DNA of 64,000 bases from positions 101,727 through 165,726 of the forward strand of contig CAVYAN010000017.1 in NCBI GenBank assembly GCA_963766075.1, read 5' to 3'. The position numbers and the translations under genes are program-made. Positions 18,310 to 29,080 of this stretch are shown here, piece by piece; within the stretch, counting starts at the first letter, position 1; the number at the start of each line of letters is the position of its first letter. The DNA comes from an uncultured cyanobacterium. Its GTDB lineage: Bacteria; Cyanobacteriota; Cyanobacteriia; Leptolyngbyales; Leptolyngbyaceae. The notes under the pieces are model-generated. The model saw only the letters and a program-made list of their open reading frames with translations, searched no databases and was not told where the DNA came from.

Positions 18310-20136
18310 GTGGTATTTTCTCGCCGAAACCGCCAACCCTGGTTCACCGCTGGATCACCGCCTTTGATCTGGCCCCTGCTCTTGGCTGTGATGTTGGCCG
18401 TGGTCGTAACCGCCTGTCAGGACGTTCCCTCCCGGCTGTCCACAGCGGCGAAGTCTTTGACCCTAGCCACCCTGACGGACCCCAAAACCTTTAATCATCC
18501 GTTGAATTCATCGTTTCCAAATGTTTTCCTCTTCACCTACGAAGGCTTGACCCGTATCAATGGCAAAACGGGCCAAATTGAACCGGCCCTCGCTGAATCC
18601 TGGGTGATTTCAGCGGATCAAAAGCGGGTGGTGTTCCAGTTGCGTCCCGACTTGAAGTGGTCTGACGGCCAGCCGCTCACAGCCGCGGATGTGGTATTTA
18701 CCTTTCGAGACGTAGTTTTCAATCCAGACGTGCCCGCCGAATCAAAGGAAGAGCTGAAGATTGGTGAGCAGGGCCAGTTTCCGACAGTCCGACAATTGGA
18801 CGATCGCCGGATAGAATTTATTCTCCCCGAACCGTTTGCCCCCTTGTTGAATGCCGTGTCAGCTCCGGATGGCGTGCTGATTCTGCCGCAGCACGCCCTG
18901 GCCGAATCGATCAAAACCAAAGGCTCCGACGGCAACCTCAAATTTCTGTCCACTTGGAATACGGATACGCCACCCCAACAGGTGGTGGGCAATGGGCCTT
19001 ACCGCATGGAGAGCTACACCGCTGGACAACGCCTGGTTTTTCAGCGAAATCCGTACTACTGGCGCAAAGATGCCCAGGGTCGGGCGCTGCCCTACACCGA
19101 TCGCATTGTCTGGCAATTTATTGAAAATACGGATACCCAATTGCTGCGCTTTCGGTCGGGGGATTTGGACGTGATGGGAGATGCCCGTCCCCTGCGCCCA
19201 GAATATTATTCTTTGCTAAAACGGGAAGAGCGCCGGGGCAATTTTCAGGTGTACAACGGCGGGCCATGGTCCGGGATGCTGTACCTGGCCTTTAACCAAA
19301 ATCCGGGGAAAACCCAGGATGGCCAGCCGATTGTGGATCCGGTGAAGTTGAAGTGGTTTACGAATTTGAACTTTCGGCAGGCGATCGCCCACGGCATTGA
19401 TCGCGATCGCATCAACACCAACATCTTCCGGGGGCTGGGTGTGCCCCAAAATTCCTCGATTTCGGTCCAAAGCCCCTATTTCCTCTCTCCCCAGGCAGGG
19501 CTAAAAACCTATGGCTACAACCCGCAGAAATCCCAGGAATTACTGCGGCAGGCCGGATTTCAGCGCAATGCTCAAGGCCAACTGCTCGACGCGGAGGGCC
19601 ATCGGGTCCGGTTTACACTGTTGACGAATGCTGGCAATAAAGTGCGCGAGGCGATCGGGGCGCAGATCAAGCAAGATCTGGGAAACCTCGGCATTCAGGT
19701 GGACTTCCAACCGATTAACTTTAATACCCTCAGCGATCGCCTCAATACGTCTCGCAACTGGGATGCGCACATCATCGGGTTCACAGGTGGCATTGAACCC
19801 CACAGCCTTGCCAACTTTTGGATGTCGAAGGGAGCCTCCCACTATTTCAATCTGGGACCACAACCAGGCCAACCCCCAATTCGGGGCTGGCAACCCTATG
19901 GCTTTGAAACCCAAATGGATCGGTTATTTCTTCAAGGTTCACGCGAACTTGATCAGACCCGACGCAAGGCCATCTACGCTGAGTTCCAGCGCCTTGCCCA
20001 AGACCAACTGCCCATTATTTACTTGGTGAATGACTCGGCCCTGATGGCCGTCCGCAACACGATCGCGGGCTTAGAGTACACAGGCTTACCCAGTTGGGGC
20101 TTGTGGAATATTCAAAACCTACGCAAGCAAAATTAG
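18310..20136 (+). CDS. ABC transporter peptide/nickel-type substrate-binding lipoprotein (family 5)
   Basis: Lipobox VTAC, DPKTFN, LAESW, KWSDGQPLTAADVVFT, GPY. Confidence 0.9.
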   Translation: MVFSRRNRQPWFTAGSPPLIWPLLLAVMLAVVVTACQDVPSRLSTAAKSLTLATLTDPKTFNHPLNSSFPNVFLFTYEGLTRINGKTGQIEPALAESWVISADQKRVVFQLRPDLKWSDGQPLTAADVVFTFRDVVFNPDVPAESKEELKIGEQGQFPTVRQLDDRRIEFILPEPFAPLLNAVSAPDGVLILPQHALAESIKTKGSDGNLKFLSTWNTDTPPQQVVGNGPYRMESYTAGQRLVFQRNPYYWRKDAQGRALPYTDRIVWQFIENTDTQLLRFRSGDLDVMGDARPLRPEYYSLLKREERRGNFQVYNGGPWSGMLYLAFNQNPGKTQDGQPIVDPVKLKWFTNLNFRQAIAHGIDRDRINTNIFRGLGVPQNSSISVQSPYFLSPQAGLKTYGYNPQKSQELLRQAGFQRNAQGQLLDAEGHRVRFTLLTNAGNKVREAIGAQIKQDLGNLGIQVDFQPINFNTLSDRLNTSRNWDAHIIGFTGGIEPHSLANFWMSKGASHYFNLGPQPGQPPIRGWQPYGFETQMDRLFLQGSRELDQTRRKAIYAEFQRLAQDQLPIIYLVNDSALMAVRNTIAGLEYTGLPSWGLWNIQNLRKQN

Positions 20137-20321
20137 AGTCGGAGATCGGAAACCACGATCTCTCGGAGCGCGGTTGGACGGAATGGCTCAGGGTTTCACT
20201 GTTTAAAGGAGGAGAGTCCGCACTCCACCCGTGTATACCTCCCGGTTTGATGGGAGGTTTCGAGCTGTGAGCGGAATACTCAAGTGAGTGACTTGATTCG
20301 TGACCTCCAGCGCTTCTCCCT

Positions 20322-21641
20322 ATGTTTCGTCTGAATACCAAAGCCTTCAACCTACTCAAAGCCGAAATTCAGCGCTGTGCGAGCAGCAGTCCGGCGGGTG
20401 CCCTCCAGCAGCAAATCGCGCTGAAGCGCCTCGAAAAATTACGGCAGCAACCCGGCGATCGCGCTACCGAAGCTGAACTGTGGGATGCCGTGGACGATGT
20501 ATTTCCAGACTTCAACAAAGCTGTGATCCAAAAAGCCGCCCAGGCTAACCGTCCTCCGGGGAAATTCTGGGGACACCTAAAGATCGGCGCGATCGCCTGC
20601 ACGACCCTGGCCGGGGGGCTATGGTTCGTTAATTTGCCCTACCCGATGATTCGCCAGCCCGTGGCGGCAGTGGCCCCGATCCTGTTGCTGCCCAGCTTTA
20701 TGCGCATGGATTACGACTATCGGCAGGCGATCGCCCTGGTGGAGCAAGCCGACCAACTGGTGAACCAAGCCACCAGTCCCGCCGATTTGGATTTAGGCAG
20801 CACCAAGGCCAAGGCCGCTCAAAAACACCTGGATGCCCTACCCGTTTGGTTCTTGGGCTATTATCCCGGTGCCTACTGCGGGTGGCTTGGCTGCTCTTGG
20901 CGGTTTACCTACGATGAATTTAAACAGGCCCGCCAGTCCGTAGGCCGCATGGAAGCCACGCTATTTCAGGAAAAGAATGCCCAAACCCAGCTTGGGGAAG
21001 CCGATCTGGCCGTGGGCAATGCCAAGCAACAATTCCAAGAGTCACCCAACGAAGGCGAAAAACAAGCCGCAATCAGCCAATGGCAGCAGGGCATGGACAA
21101 ATTAACCGAAGTGCCCTCGGCCACGTTGGCGGGCAAAACCGCCGCTACCAAATTGGCCGCCTACCAGCGGGATTTTCAACAGGTGGTCGGGTTTACCGCC
21201 ACCAATGCCCGCTCGGGTAACCTGATCCAAGCCGCCCGCACCTTTGCCGAAACCGCACAACAAGGAATCACCGGAGCAGCATTGTCCGTCGCCGCGTGGG
21301 AGGCCGTCATCCAGCAATGGGATCAGGCGATCGCCCGCCTAGAGCAAATTAAAGTGGAGGATCCGGACTATGGGCCTGCACAACTGTTGCTCGCCACCTA
21401 CAAAAAAGAACAAAACCAAGCCCGGGTGCGCCTCAAAGCGGAACAAGCCGCCGTTCAAGCCTTTGAAGACGCAGAACAGCTCAAGGAGCGCCTGGTGGCC
21501 AGTGCCGATGGTTTATCCGTAAACCAAATGAGCAGCCAAATGCAAGCCATTGAAAGTCGTCTCAAGAAAGTACCCCAAGGCACCACCGTCTATGCTGAGG
21601 CCCAGGAACTGCTCCAGTTTGTACAAAAACGATTGAAGTAA
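20322..21641 (+). CDS. Hypothetical membrane-anchored helical protein
   Basis: 439-aa ORF, one TM segment followed by Ala/Gln-rich helices. Confidence 0.7.
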   Translation: MFRLNTKAFNLLKAEIQRCASSSPAGALQQQIALKRLEKLRQQPGDRATEAELWDAVDDVFPDFNKAVIQKAAQANRPPGKFWGHLKIGAIACTTLAGGLWFVNLPYPMIRQPVAAVAPILLLPSFMRMDYDYRQAIALVEQADQLVNQATSPADLDLGSTKAKAAQKHLDALPVWFLGYYPGAYCGWLGCSWRFTYDEFKQARQSVGRMEATLFQEKNAQTQLGEADLAVGNAKQQFQESPNEGEKQAAISQWQQGMDKLTEVPSATLAGKTAATKLAAYQRDFQQVVGFTATNARSGNLIQAARTFAETAQQGITGAALSVAAWEAVIQQWDQAIARLEQIKVEDPDYGPAQLLLATYKKEQNQARVRLKAEQAAVQAFEDAEQLKERLVASADGLSVNQMSSQMQAIESRLKKVPQGTTVYAEAQELLQFVQKRLK

Positions 21642-21714
21642 CGATTGAAGTAAAGCGATCTCAGGCGGTAGCAGTATCCCGTTCAGGGAAACGCCGAGGT
21701 GGCATTTATGCAGA

Positions 21715-22722
21715 CTACGGCTTCCTAACCCGCTGCAAAATAATCATTTCGGCACCCACAACCGGGCTGCGGGCAAGGCGATCGCCCATGGCATCCACGA
21801 GTTCCAATTTACTAAAGTCCAAATCCTGGGCCCGGCTCAGAATTTCATTCGCTAGGGTATCTTGCCGTTGAGCCCCCAGTTCGTACCAGCCATTACCCAC
21901 GTTCACCCGCAGCAAACTACTGCGAAAGTTGGCTTGAACCGATTGAATTAAGCCGTCCAAATACTGGTTACTCACTTCTGCCACCTGATCCTGAATCGAC
22001 GCAATCAGTGTTTGTTCTGGGGAGAGCTTCAGGGGTGGGACGGGGGGTTGAGCTTGGGGTAGTAGCGCAGGTGTCTCTGGTGATGTTTCTAAGGATGTCT
22101 CTGGGGATGTCTTGGGGGGTGTCTCTGGAGGAGAAGAGATTACGGCGTTCGGAGAGGGTTGGGGCAATGGCGCGAGGAAGGGGCGGGCCGAGGGGACGGC
22201 ATCGGACTCGGAACTCGGTTGAGGACTGGAGGCGGGGCTGGGTGTCGCACTCGGGCTAACGGCGATCACAGTCGGAGGGGGCGGTTGAAAGAGAATAATC
22301 GGCGTCATCAAGATGAAGAGTAGCAGAGTCGCGGCGATCGCCCCCGTCAAGCCCCAATCGCTCAGGCGCTGGTTCAGAGTCCGGGGCAGTACTGCCCGAA
22401 CTTTGCTGAGGACCGTTCGCCATCCTCCTCGAAATTGGCCCAGGGCTTGGGTGACGGGCGGACCGACCTTTGCTTGAATCTGTGCCGTGATGGACGGGGA
22501 GACCGAACCGGGAACGGGATCAGCCTCTAGGCGATCGACAACATGCTCTAAGGCTTGGATAGTAATGCGGAGGAGCTGAATGGCTTGGCGTTTCAGGGGC
22601 GATCGCTCGGGCAATGGCGTGGTCGCATCCAACGCTGGAAGGGGTTCGCTGGAACGGGGTGGGGGTGATTCTGGGGCGGGGTCAACGGGATCGGGTGCCA
22701 TAGGTCTCCTGAAAGGCGGCAC
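21715..22722 (-). CDS. Hypothetical Pro-rich membrane protein
   Basis: TM segment, Pro/Ser linker, globular C-terminus ending ARSPVVG..MIIL. Confidence 0.7.
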   Translation of the reverse strand: MPPFRRPMAPDPVDPAPESPPPRSSEPLPALDATTPLPERSPLKRQAIQLLRITIQALEHVVDRLEADPVPGSVSPSITAQIQAKVGPPVTQALGQFRGGWRTVLSKVRAVLPRTLNQRLSDWGLTGAIAATLLLFILMTPIILFQPPPPTVIAVSPSATPSPASSPQPSSESDAVPSARPFLAPLPQPSPNAVISSPPETPPKTSPETSLETSPETPALLPQAQPPVPPLKLSPEQTLIASIQDQVAEVSNQYLDGLIQSVQANFRSSLLRVNVGNGWYELGAQRQDTLANEILSRAQDLDFSKLELVDAMGDRLARSPVVGAEMIILQRVRKP

Positions 22723-22921
22723 AAATTGGCATAAATGCAGTACATTCTTACGGGGCCACCTCAGAGGATTAATTTAGCACTGAACGGGACGGGGCGGACC
22801 AACGGCTGAAGATAGGGTCTGTTTTCTGCTGGTTTTAGGGCGAACAGAATGTTTTAGGGCGAACAGGGTGATCATTAATGAGAGCAATCATAATTAGGGC
22901 GATCACGAGCGGGAGAGCACT

Positions 22922-24124
22922 ATGGGGTTGAAGCGGCGGCGGTTTGTGCAGTTGGGGAGTATAGTGGGCGGCGGTGGACTGGCTTTGCTGGCCAATCGGA
23001 TACTGACGGGGTGCGCCCTGGGATCAGGAGGCGCGGCATCGGTGACACCAGTAGCCAGTCCAGCCGTGACCAGTGCGGAGATGGCCAGTGCGGGGGTGCC
23101 CAGTGCGGGGGCACCGAAATCAGCGATCGCCCCGAAAGGTCTTTTTGCCCCCCTGCGCGGTGATGTGCGGCTTGTGGTGATTAGCGATTTGAATAGTGCC
23201 TATGGCTCAACGGATTACGAACCGGAGGTAGATCGGGCGATCGCTCTGATTCCGGATTGGCAACCCGATATTGTTTTAGGCGGCGGCGATATGGTCGCTG
23301 GACAATCGCCTTCCCTGACGACGGCGCAAGTGCAAGCCATGTGGCTGGCCTTTGACCAACATATTGGTGCACCTCTACGTAAAGCTGGGCTGCCGTTTGG
23401 ATTTACTATTGGCAATCACGATGCGTCTGCGGCGCTTGGGGTGAGCGGCAAGTTCTTATTTAATAATGAGCGTGAACTGGCGGCAGACCATTGGCGTGAT
23501 CCGAAATATGATCCGGGCTTGTCGTTTGTCGATCGCGCCCAATTCCCGTTTTACTACACGTTTCAACACAAAGACATTTTCTATTTGGTCTGGGACGCTT
23601 CAACAAGCAAATTGTCCCCGACCCAAATCGCCTGGGCTGAGAAAAGCTTGGCCAGTCCAACGGCGCAGCAGGCCAAGCTGCGGATTGCGATCGGGCATTT
23701 GCCGCTGTATGCCGTGGCGGTGGGCCGGGATGATTTGGGGGAAATCTTGGCGGATGCGGATACACTGCGAGCCCTGTTGGAAAAGTATCGGGTACATACG
23801 TATATTAGTGGGCATCACCACGCCTACTATCCCGCCCACCGTGGCCAGTTGCAACTGCTGCATTCGGGGATATTGGGCGCAGGTCCACGCCCCTTGCTGA
23901 ATGCAAATCTAGCCCCGTTTAAGGCGCTGACGGTAATTGATGTTGATTTGGCATCGGCCTCGACGGTATACACGACCTACAATGCCCAGACCTACGAACT
24001 GGTGGAGCAAACCAGCCTGCCCCGTTTGATTGTGGGCCCCAATGGGCGGGTATTGCGGCGGGATGTTGCCGAAGCGAGCCTGACAGCAGCGGAGCGATCG
24101 CTGACCTATATGGCTGATAGATGA
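22922..24124 (+). CDS. Tat-exported metallophosphoesterase
   Basis: KRRRF Tat signal; SDLN, GGDMV, GNHD, GHHH motifs. Confidence 0.9.
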   Translation: MGLKRRRFVQLGSIVGGGGLALLANRILTGCALGSGGAASVTPVASPAVTSAEMASAGVPSAGAPKSAIAPKGLFAPLRGDVRLVVISDLNSAYGSTDYEPEVDRAIALIPDWQPDIVLGGGDMVAGQSPSLTTAQVQAMWLAFDQHIGAPLRKAGLPFGFTIGNHDASAALGVSGKFLFNNERELAADHWRDPKYDPGLSFVDRAQFPFYYTFQHKDIFYLVWDASTSKLSPTQIAWAEKSLASPTAQQAKLRIAIGHLPLYAVAVGRDDLGEILADADTLRALLEKYRVHTYISGHHHAYYPAHRGQLQLLHSGILGAGPRPLLNANLAPFKALTVIDVDLASASTVYTTYNAQTYELVEQTSLPRLIVGPNGRVLRRDVAEASLTAAERSLTYMADR

Positions 24125-24640
24125 CGCTTACCCATTAGACCTCTTCAAGAATAAGCAAAGGTGTGAGAGTAGAGCAAGCCGAGTCACTGGTCCAGAGAAT
24201 GGATCAGTGCTTCTTCAAGCGCCTATTGCATCTGTTAGAATCCCGACCTCAGCAGGGCCGCCGAATGCTTGGCCTGGGAGCGCCCAGGCTTTGGGAACTA
24301 TGGCAACGGATCCACATCTTAGTGAATGCGGCTGAGGAAGCCCGCCGTCAAAGACTTGGGCGAAAACGTCAGGCAGGCGGTGTCAGGCAAAAGCGCCCCC
24401 GCCCCTGTGTCGGCTGCTGGTGACGGATTAGCCTGCCGATTTCTCTTAATTCTTGAAGTGGTCTATTACATCTTGGCAACGAAGCGCAAATTCCGATGGA
24501 CCATGGGTGATCATAGTCCAGTGATTGTGCCAGTGTCTTGGAAAGATCCCCATGCCCGACGCTAATTGTTTCGCTCAGTCCATGTCCGCTCAGTCCATGT
24601 CCGCTAAGCCCAGTCCGCTAAGCCCATATTCGCTAAGCCC

Positions 24641-25162
24641 ATGCCATTTCCATGGATTCAATTCATGGCTGGGGTCTTGATGGTGGGCTTGGGGGCGATC
24701 GCCCCTGCCATCGCCCAGCCAATCCCCAAGCCATCGACCATCGAATTCCGCGTGTTCCCTGCCCTCGATCGCAGTAACCAGGAGCATCTTTGCCCGACTA
24801 CCCTTACCGTGACAGAACAAGCCCACCCCTATCGCGAAGGAGGATTCACCATTGACGGCTCTGCGAATTTCAAGCATCTGGCGAGTAACTTTACCATCGC
24901 CACTAGCGATGATTTCAGTGTCACCTGGGTCGGCCAGCTTAATCCTCAGTATCGCCAATGCAAGGCCACTGCCCGCATGGTCAAATCGCGGGGGGCTAAC
25001 TATTCCGGGCCTTCCTATCTACGTCTTAGATTTGTCCAAGGCAAAGTTTATCTGATCCTGGACATGACGGGTATGAGCGATGCCAATGAATACACCACTG
25101 TGATCACCCGCAAAATGCTTCAGAATGGAAACCCCACATGGACCTGGGGCGGTACCGACTAG
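24641..25162 (+). CDS. Hypothetical secreted protein
   Basis: Signal peptide ending AIA; 173 aa. Confidence 0.65.
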   Translation: MPFPWIQFMAGVLMVGLGAIAPAIAQPIPKPSTIEFRVFPALDRSNQEHLCPTTLTVTEQAHPYREGGFTIDGSANFKHLASNFTIATSDDFSVTWVGQLNPQYRQCKATARMVKSRGANYSGPSYLRLRFVQGKVYLILDMTGMSDANEYTTVITRKMLQNGNPTWTWGGTD

Positions 25163-25328
25163 TACTGCGAAATCTTAAGGAAATCCCCATTGTGTCCAAC
25201 AGCGCGGCGCTGGGGACCAAATCTCGATATAGTTTGGAATGAAAAATAGTTTGCAGTGAAAACACGTTTTGATCCGATTGGACCTCTTTGGCCCTCTAAA
25301 CTTAAAGCCCTCTAGACATACAGGCATC

Positions 25329-25751
25329 ATGGCGAATTTTCCCAACCATCGCCCTAAGACCCTATCCCTAGGACCGTTAGAAACGGAAATTCTCACTTTG
25401 GTGTGGGAGTTGCAAACGGTGACGGTCAAAGATGTGCATGAGCGCATCTTGGCAGATCCCAATCGTGACTTGGCCTATGCTTCTGTCACAACGATTTTGA
25501 ATCGTCTGACTGCGAAGGGTTGGCTGGGCTGCGACAAGCGTCTACGCTGCTTTACATGGCGACCGTTAATTTCTCAGGCAGAGGCACAGGCCCTGTTAGC
25601 CTACGATCAACTGCAGCAGTTTTTGGCAGTGGGCAATCCTGATGTCGTAGCGGCTTTTGCCGATCGCCTAGATCAAGCCAGTGTTGAGCAACTTGCAGCG
25701 ATTTCCCAACGACTACAAGCCGCACGCCAAGCGCGGGAGGACCAGAAATGA
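25329..25751 (+). CDS. BlaI/MecI/CopY family repressor
   Basis: LGPLETEIL..VKDVHE..LAYASVTTILNRL..KG; start trimmed to MANF. Confidence 0.9.
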   Translation: MANFPNHRPKTLSLGPLETEILTLVWELQTVTVKDVHERILADPNRDLAYASVTTILNRLTAKGWLGCDKRLRCFTWRPLISQAEAQALLAYDQLQQFLAVGNPDVVAAFADRLDQASVEQLAAISQRLQAARQAREDQK

Positions 25752-26692
25752 GCCTACCCCTATCGTCTCTTTTCGTTCCGTTGTTCCTCCATTGGCCCCA
25801 GCCCGCCATGATGCATTTAACGGTCCACCTAACCACCCACCTCACAACCCATTTAGCCATGGTGGTGCTGGCCTTAGGCATCGCCGTGGGCGTGCGGTGG
25901 CTGCCATACCCCGCCGCCAAGACTTGGAGCCAACGCTGGCAATTTGCGTTGATCCAATTTGTGCTGCCACCGTTGCTATTGTTGACGACGGCGATCGCCA
26001 TTGCCTTCATGGGTCCCCAAGGCCAAATGGTCTGCCCCTGGGAAGGCTGGAGCAGCTATGGTCTGGCAATCGCTTTTCTGGGAGGAGCGGGAATCTGGGC
26101 CGTGACTTTAACCACGCAAGCTTGGAAATCTGTTCAGCAAGTGCACACATATCCACAGAAATCGGTGCACGGATACACCAGCCATCTGCTGGACAGTCCC
26201 ATGCCCTTTGTGGCCCAAGTGGGCTTTTGGCGATCGCACTTGGTCCTCAGCCAAGGCTTACTGGACACCCTAGATGCAGCCCACTTAGAGGCGGTACTCG
26301 TCCATGAAGAAGCCCACCAAGCCCATCACGATACCTTTTGGTTTTTTGGCCTGGGCTGGTTAAAACGCTTGACGGGCTGGCTCCCAAACACTGCAGCCCT
26401 GTGGCAAGAGTTACTGCTGCTGCGAGAACTGCGGGCCGACCAAACTGCGGCCCAGCGGGTGGATGGATTACTGTTAGCCGAAGCCTTGCTGGCTGTGGTG
26501 GGCAGTACTTCGCCCTTTGATCACACCCCGGCTTGTGCCGCTCTGACCAGTGGCTCCCTCGGCGATCGCCTCACCGAGCGTATTGATGCTTTGCTGACAC
26601 CGCCCCCCCCGCTCGAACCTAAACCCCACTGGACCTGGGCCAGACTGCTTCTGGGCTGTCTGCCCCTTCTGGCAATTCCGTTTCACCACTGA
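25748..26692 (+). CDS. M56 (BlaR1-like) membrane metallopeptidase
   Basis: TM helices, HEEAH, ELRAD; coupled to the BlaI gene. Confidence 0.85.
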   Translation: MSLPLSSLFVPLFLHWPQPAMMHLTVHLTTHLTTHLAMVVLALGIAVGVRWLPYPAAKTWSQRWQFALIQFVLPPLLLLTTAIAIAFMGPQGQMVCPWEGWSSYGLAIAFLGGAGIWAVTLTTQAWKSVQQVHTYPQKSVHGYTSHLLDSPMPFVAQVGFWRSHLVLSQGLLDTLDAAHLEAVLVHEEAHQAHHDTFWFFGLGWLKRLTGWLPNTAALWQELLLLRELRADQTAAQRVDGLLLAEALLAVVGSTSPFDHTPACAALTSGSLGDRLTERIDALLTPPPPLEPKPHWTWARLLLGCLPLLAIPFHH

Positions 26693-27828
26693 TGCAAAAT
26701 CTAGTCTTGGTGGGGGGTGGTCATAGCCATGCGATCGCGCTGTTGCAGGTAGGCCAGCACCCAATCCCCGGCGTCCGGTTAACCTTGATTACTGATGCCG
26801 TAGAGACTCCCTACTCAGGCATGCTGCCGGGATATGTGGCGGGTCTGTATCAGCGGCAGGAGTGCCATATTGATCTTCGGCCTTTGGCGGCGTGGGCGGG
26901 AGTCCAACTAATCGTGGATCGGGCTGTGGGCCTGGATTTGGTCCAGCAGCACGTGCTATGCGCCCAGGGTAACACCGTGGCGTTTGATTGGCTTTCCCTG
27001 GATATCGGCAGCACGCCGCTGTTGCCCTTTGGCGATCGCACAGGGATTATTCCGGCTAAGCCGGTACCGCAGTTTTTGCAGCAGTGGGATCATTTCCTCG
27101 CCCAAGTGACAGCCCAGTCAGAGCAGCCCCTTTGTTTGGGCATAGTGGGCGGTGGAGCCGGTGGGATCGAGTTAACGCTGTCTGTGCTGCAACGCTTGCG
27201 CGGGCATTTTCAGAAGCTGGGGCAATCGACCACCCCAGTGTCACTGCATCTGTTTCAGCGGGGTACTTCCCTTTTGCCCAATGCGCCCGCCGGGGCGGGC
27301 GATCGCTTTCGCCGCCTGCTCACCGAACGGGGCGTCTGCCTCCATTTCAACACCGAAGTGGTGGCGGTGCAGCCGCCGCAGGTGATCTGTCAATCGGGGC
27401 TGACAGTCAACTGTAGCCCCGTGATTTGGGTGACGCAGGCATCAGCTCCGGCCTGGATTGCCCAATCTGGCTTAGCGGTGGATGGAGCCGGTTTCGTGCA
27501 GGTGGATGCGGAGCTGCGATCGCTGTCTCATCCCCGGGTGTTTGCAACGGGCGACATTGCCACCCAGATCGATCATCCACGACCCAAGGCGGGCGTATTT
27601 GCCGTGCGTCAGGGGCGGCCCTTGGCGGCGAATTGGCGGCGGGCGGTTCTGGGGCAACCGTTACAGCCCTACTACCCGCCGCAAAACCATCTGAGTTTAA
27701 TTGGCACGGGGGACGGTGCGGCCATGGCCCTATGGGGGCCGTATGCAGGGCGATCGCCGCTATTCGCCTGGATTAAAACTGGGATCGATCGCCGGTTTAT
27801 GGCGCAATTTCAGCATCTGTCTGGGTGA
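26692..27828 (+). CDS. FAD-dependent pyridine nucleotide-disulfide oxidoreductase (SelD N-terminal-like domain)
   Basis: LVGGGHSH, PYSGMLPG, GGGAGG, FATGD, PKAGVFAVRQG. Confidence 0.85.
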   Translation: MQNLVLVGGGHSHAIALLQVGQHPIPGVRLTLITDAVETPYSGMLPGYVAGLYQRQECHIDLRPLAAWAGVQLIVDRAVGLDLVQQHVLCAQGNTVAFDWLSLDIGSTPLLPFGDRTGIIPAKPVPQFLQQWDHFLAQVTAQSEQPLCLGIVGGGAGGIELTLSVLQRLRGHFQKLGQSTTPVSLHLFQRGTSLLPNAPAGAGDRFRRLLTERGVCLHFNTEVVAVQPPQVICQSGLTVNCSPVIWVTQASAPAWIAQSGLAVDGAGFVQVDAELRSLSHPRVFATGDIATQIDHPRPKAGVFAVRQGRPLAANWRRAVLGQPLQPYYPPQNHLSLIGTGDGAAMALWGPYAGRSPLFAWIKTGIDRRFMAQFQHLSG

Positions 27829-27989
27829 CGAAGCTGTCTGGGTAAACGAGGCAATAGAAGCGTTTATAGCGTTTATTTAAGAGGAGCGTTTAACGAACAA
27901 CTCTGCCAAAATTTATCTTCTCTTGGGGGCAATCTCTCTTCAGGAGCGTCTCTCTGCGCCTCTCTTCAAGGCCAGAGCGAAAATGGCGT

Positions 27990-28697
27990 CTAGGCCACTG
28001 CCACTTGCCGATAGCGCCATAGGGGATCAGCCATCCCAGCGGTTTTAAAGCCATGATCACGCACCAAACAGGCATGGCAGTGGCCACATCCCCCCTTAAC
28101 GCCGGCATAGCAGGTGTGTGTAAGGGCCATCACCGATTCAAACCGTTTGCCCAAAGCCGCCTGCGCCAAATACAGCGATTCAGCCTTGGTCAGGTGCATG
28201 AGGGGATTGTGGATCCGGAAGGCGTCCGGTCGCCCGGACATCCCTTCGCCCATCGCCACCCCCATGGCATCAATAAAACTTTGGCGGCAATCCCAGTATC
28301 CGGCAATATCCGCTTCGCACACGCCGATAAAGATATCCTGAATGCCCAGGTGCATGGCATGGTTAGCCGCCAGGGTGAGAAACAGCAGGTTGCGACCCGG
28401 AACAAAGGTCGGTTCCGTGCCTGTCGGCAATTCTGCAATCCCGCCGTACTGTCCAAGGGTGTGGTCACTCACCAAGGGACTAGAGCTTTTCAACACAGGT
28501 CCAATAGTGCTGATTTCATGGCTCGTCAGGTCTAGGGCCAAGGCGACGGCGATCGCGCTTTCAATTTCAATGGCGTGGCGCTGCTGATAATTGAAGGTAA
28601 TCGCATGGACCTCAGCAAACTGTTCACAGGCGACAGCGGCACAGGTGGTCGAATCTTGGCCACCGGAGAGAATGACGAGTGCTTTTTGAGAAGGCAT
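27990..28697 (-). CDS. queC: 7-cyano-7-deazaguanine synthase
   Basis: LSGGQDST, TFVPGRN, YWDCR, TCY..CGHCHAC. Confidence 0.95.
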   Translation of the reverse strand: MPSQKALVILSGGQDSTTCAAVACEQFAEVHAITFNYQQRHAIEIESAIAVALALDLTSHEISTIGPVLKSSSPLVSDHTLGQYGGIAELPTGTEPTFVPGRNLLFLTLAANHAMHLGIQDIFIGVCEADIAGYWDCRQSFIDAMGVAMGEGMSGRPDAFRIHNPLMHLTKAESLYLAQAALGKRFESVMALTHTCYAGVKGGCGHCHACLVRDHGFKTAGMADPLWRYRQVAVA

Positions 28698-29080
28698 GGA
28701 TAGTGAGGGTTTTGCTAAATGTAGGGTTATTAGACGACCAGGTTTGACTCAGATCGATGCACCCCTAGCCACAGAGAGCAAGAAATGGGGCTTCTTGGTC
28801 AAATCCCCAGGGTGTGATGTCGTCTCCTGAGAAATCTGATTTGTTCCTGCGACCTAAGCTGTTCTAGGGTTTGATGGCTGGCAATCACGTTCCGAGCCAC
28901 CGTCCACTCGCCAAAATCAGGCACTCGCCAAAATCAGGCACTAGACGACGAACAACGGTTGGTTGCATGCCATTGGTTCTAGAGTTCCCCGTTCACCCAT
29001 GAATGGATAGATCCCGGTTTTCTGAATGCTGAGATTACCGTAGTATCCGGGAGTCCCTCGCTCTTTTTCCCCTGCTGCCC

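Noticed and set aside
26692..27828. selD
   Set aside because: Only the oxidoreductase domain is present; no selenophosphate synthetase domain.
28700..28780. preQ1 class I riboswitch
   Set aside because: No consensus loop and A-rich tail seen.
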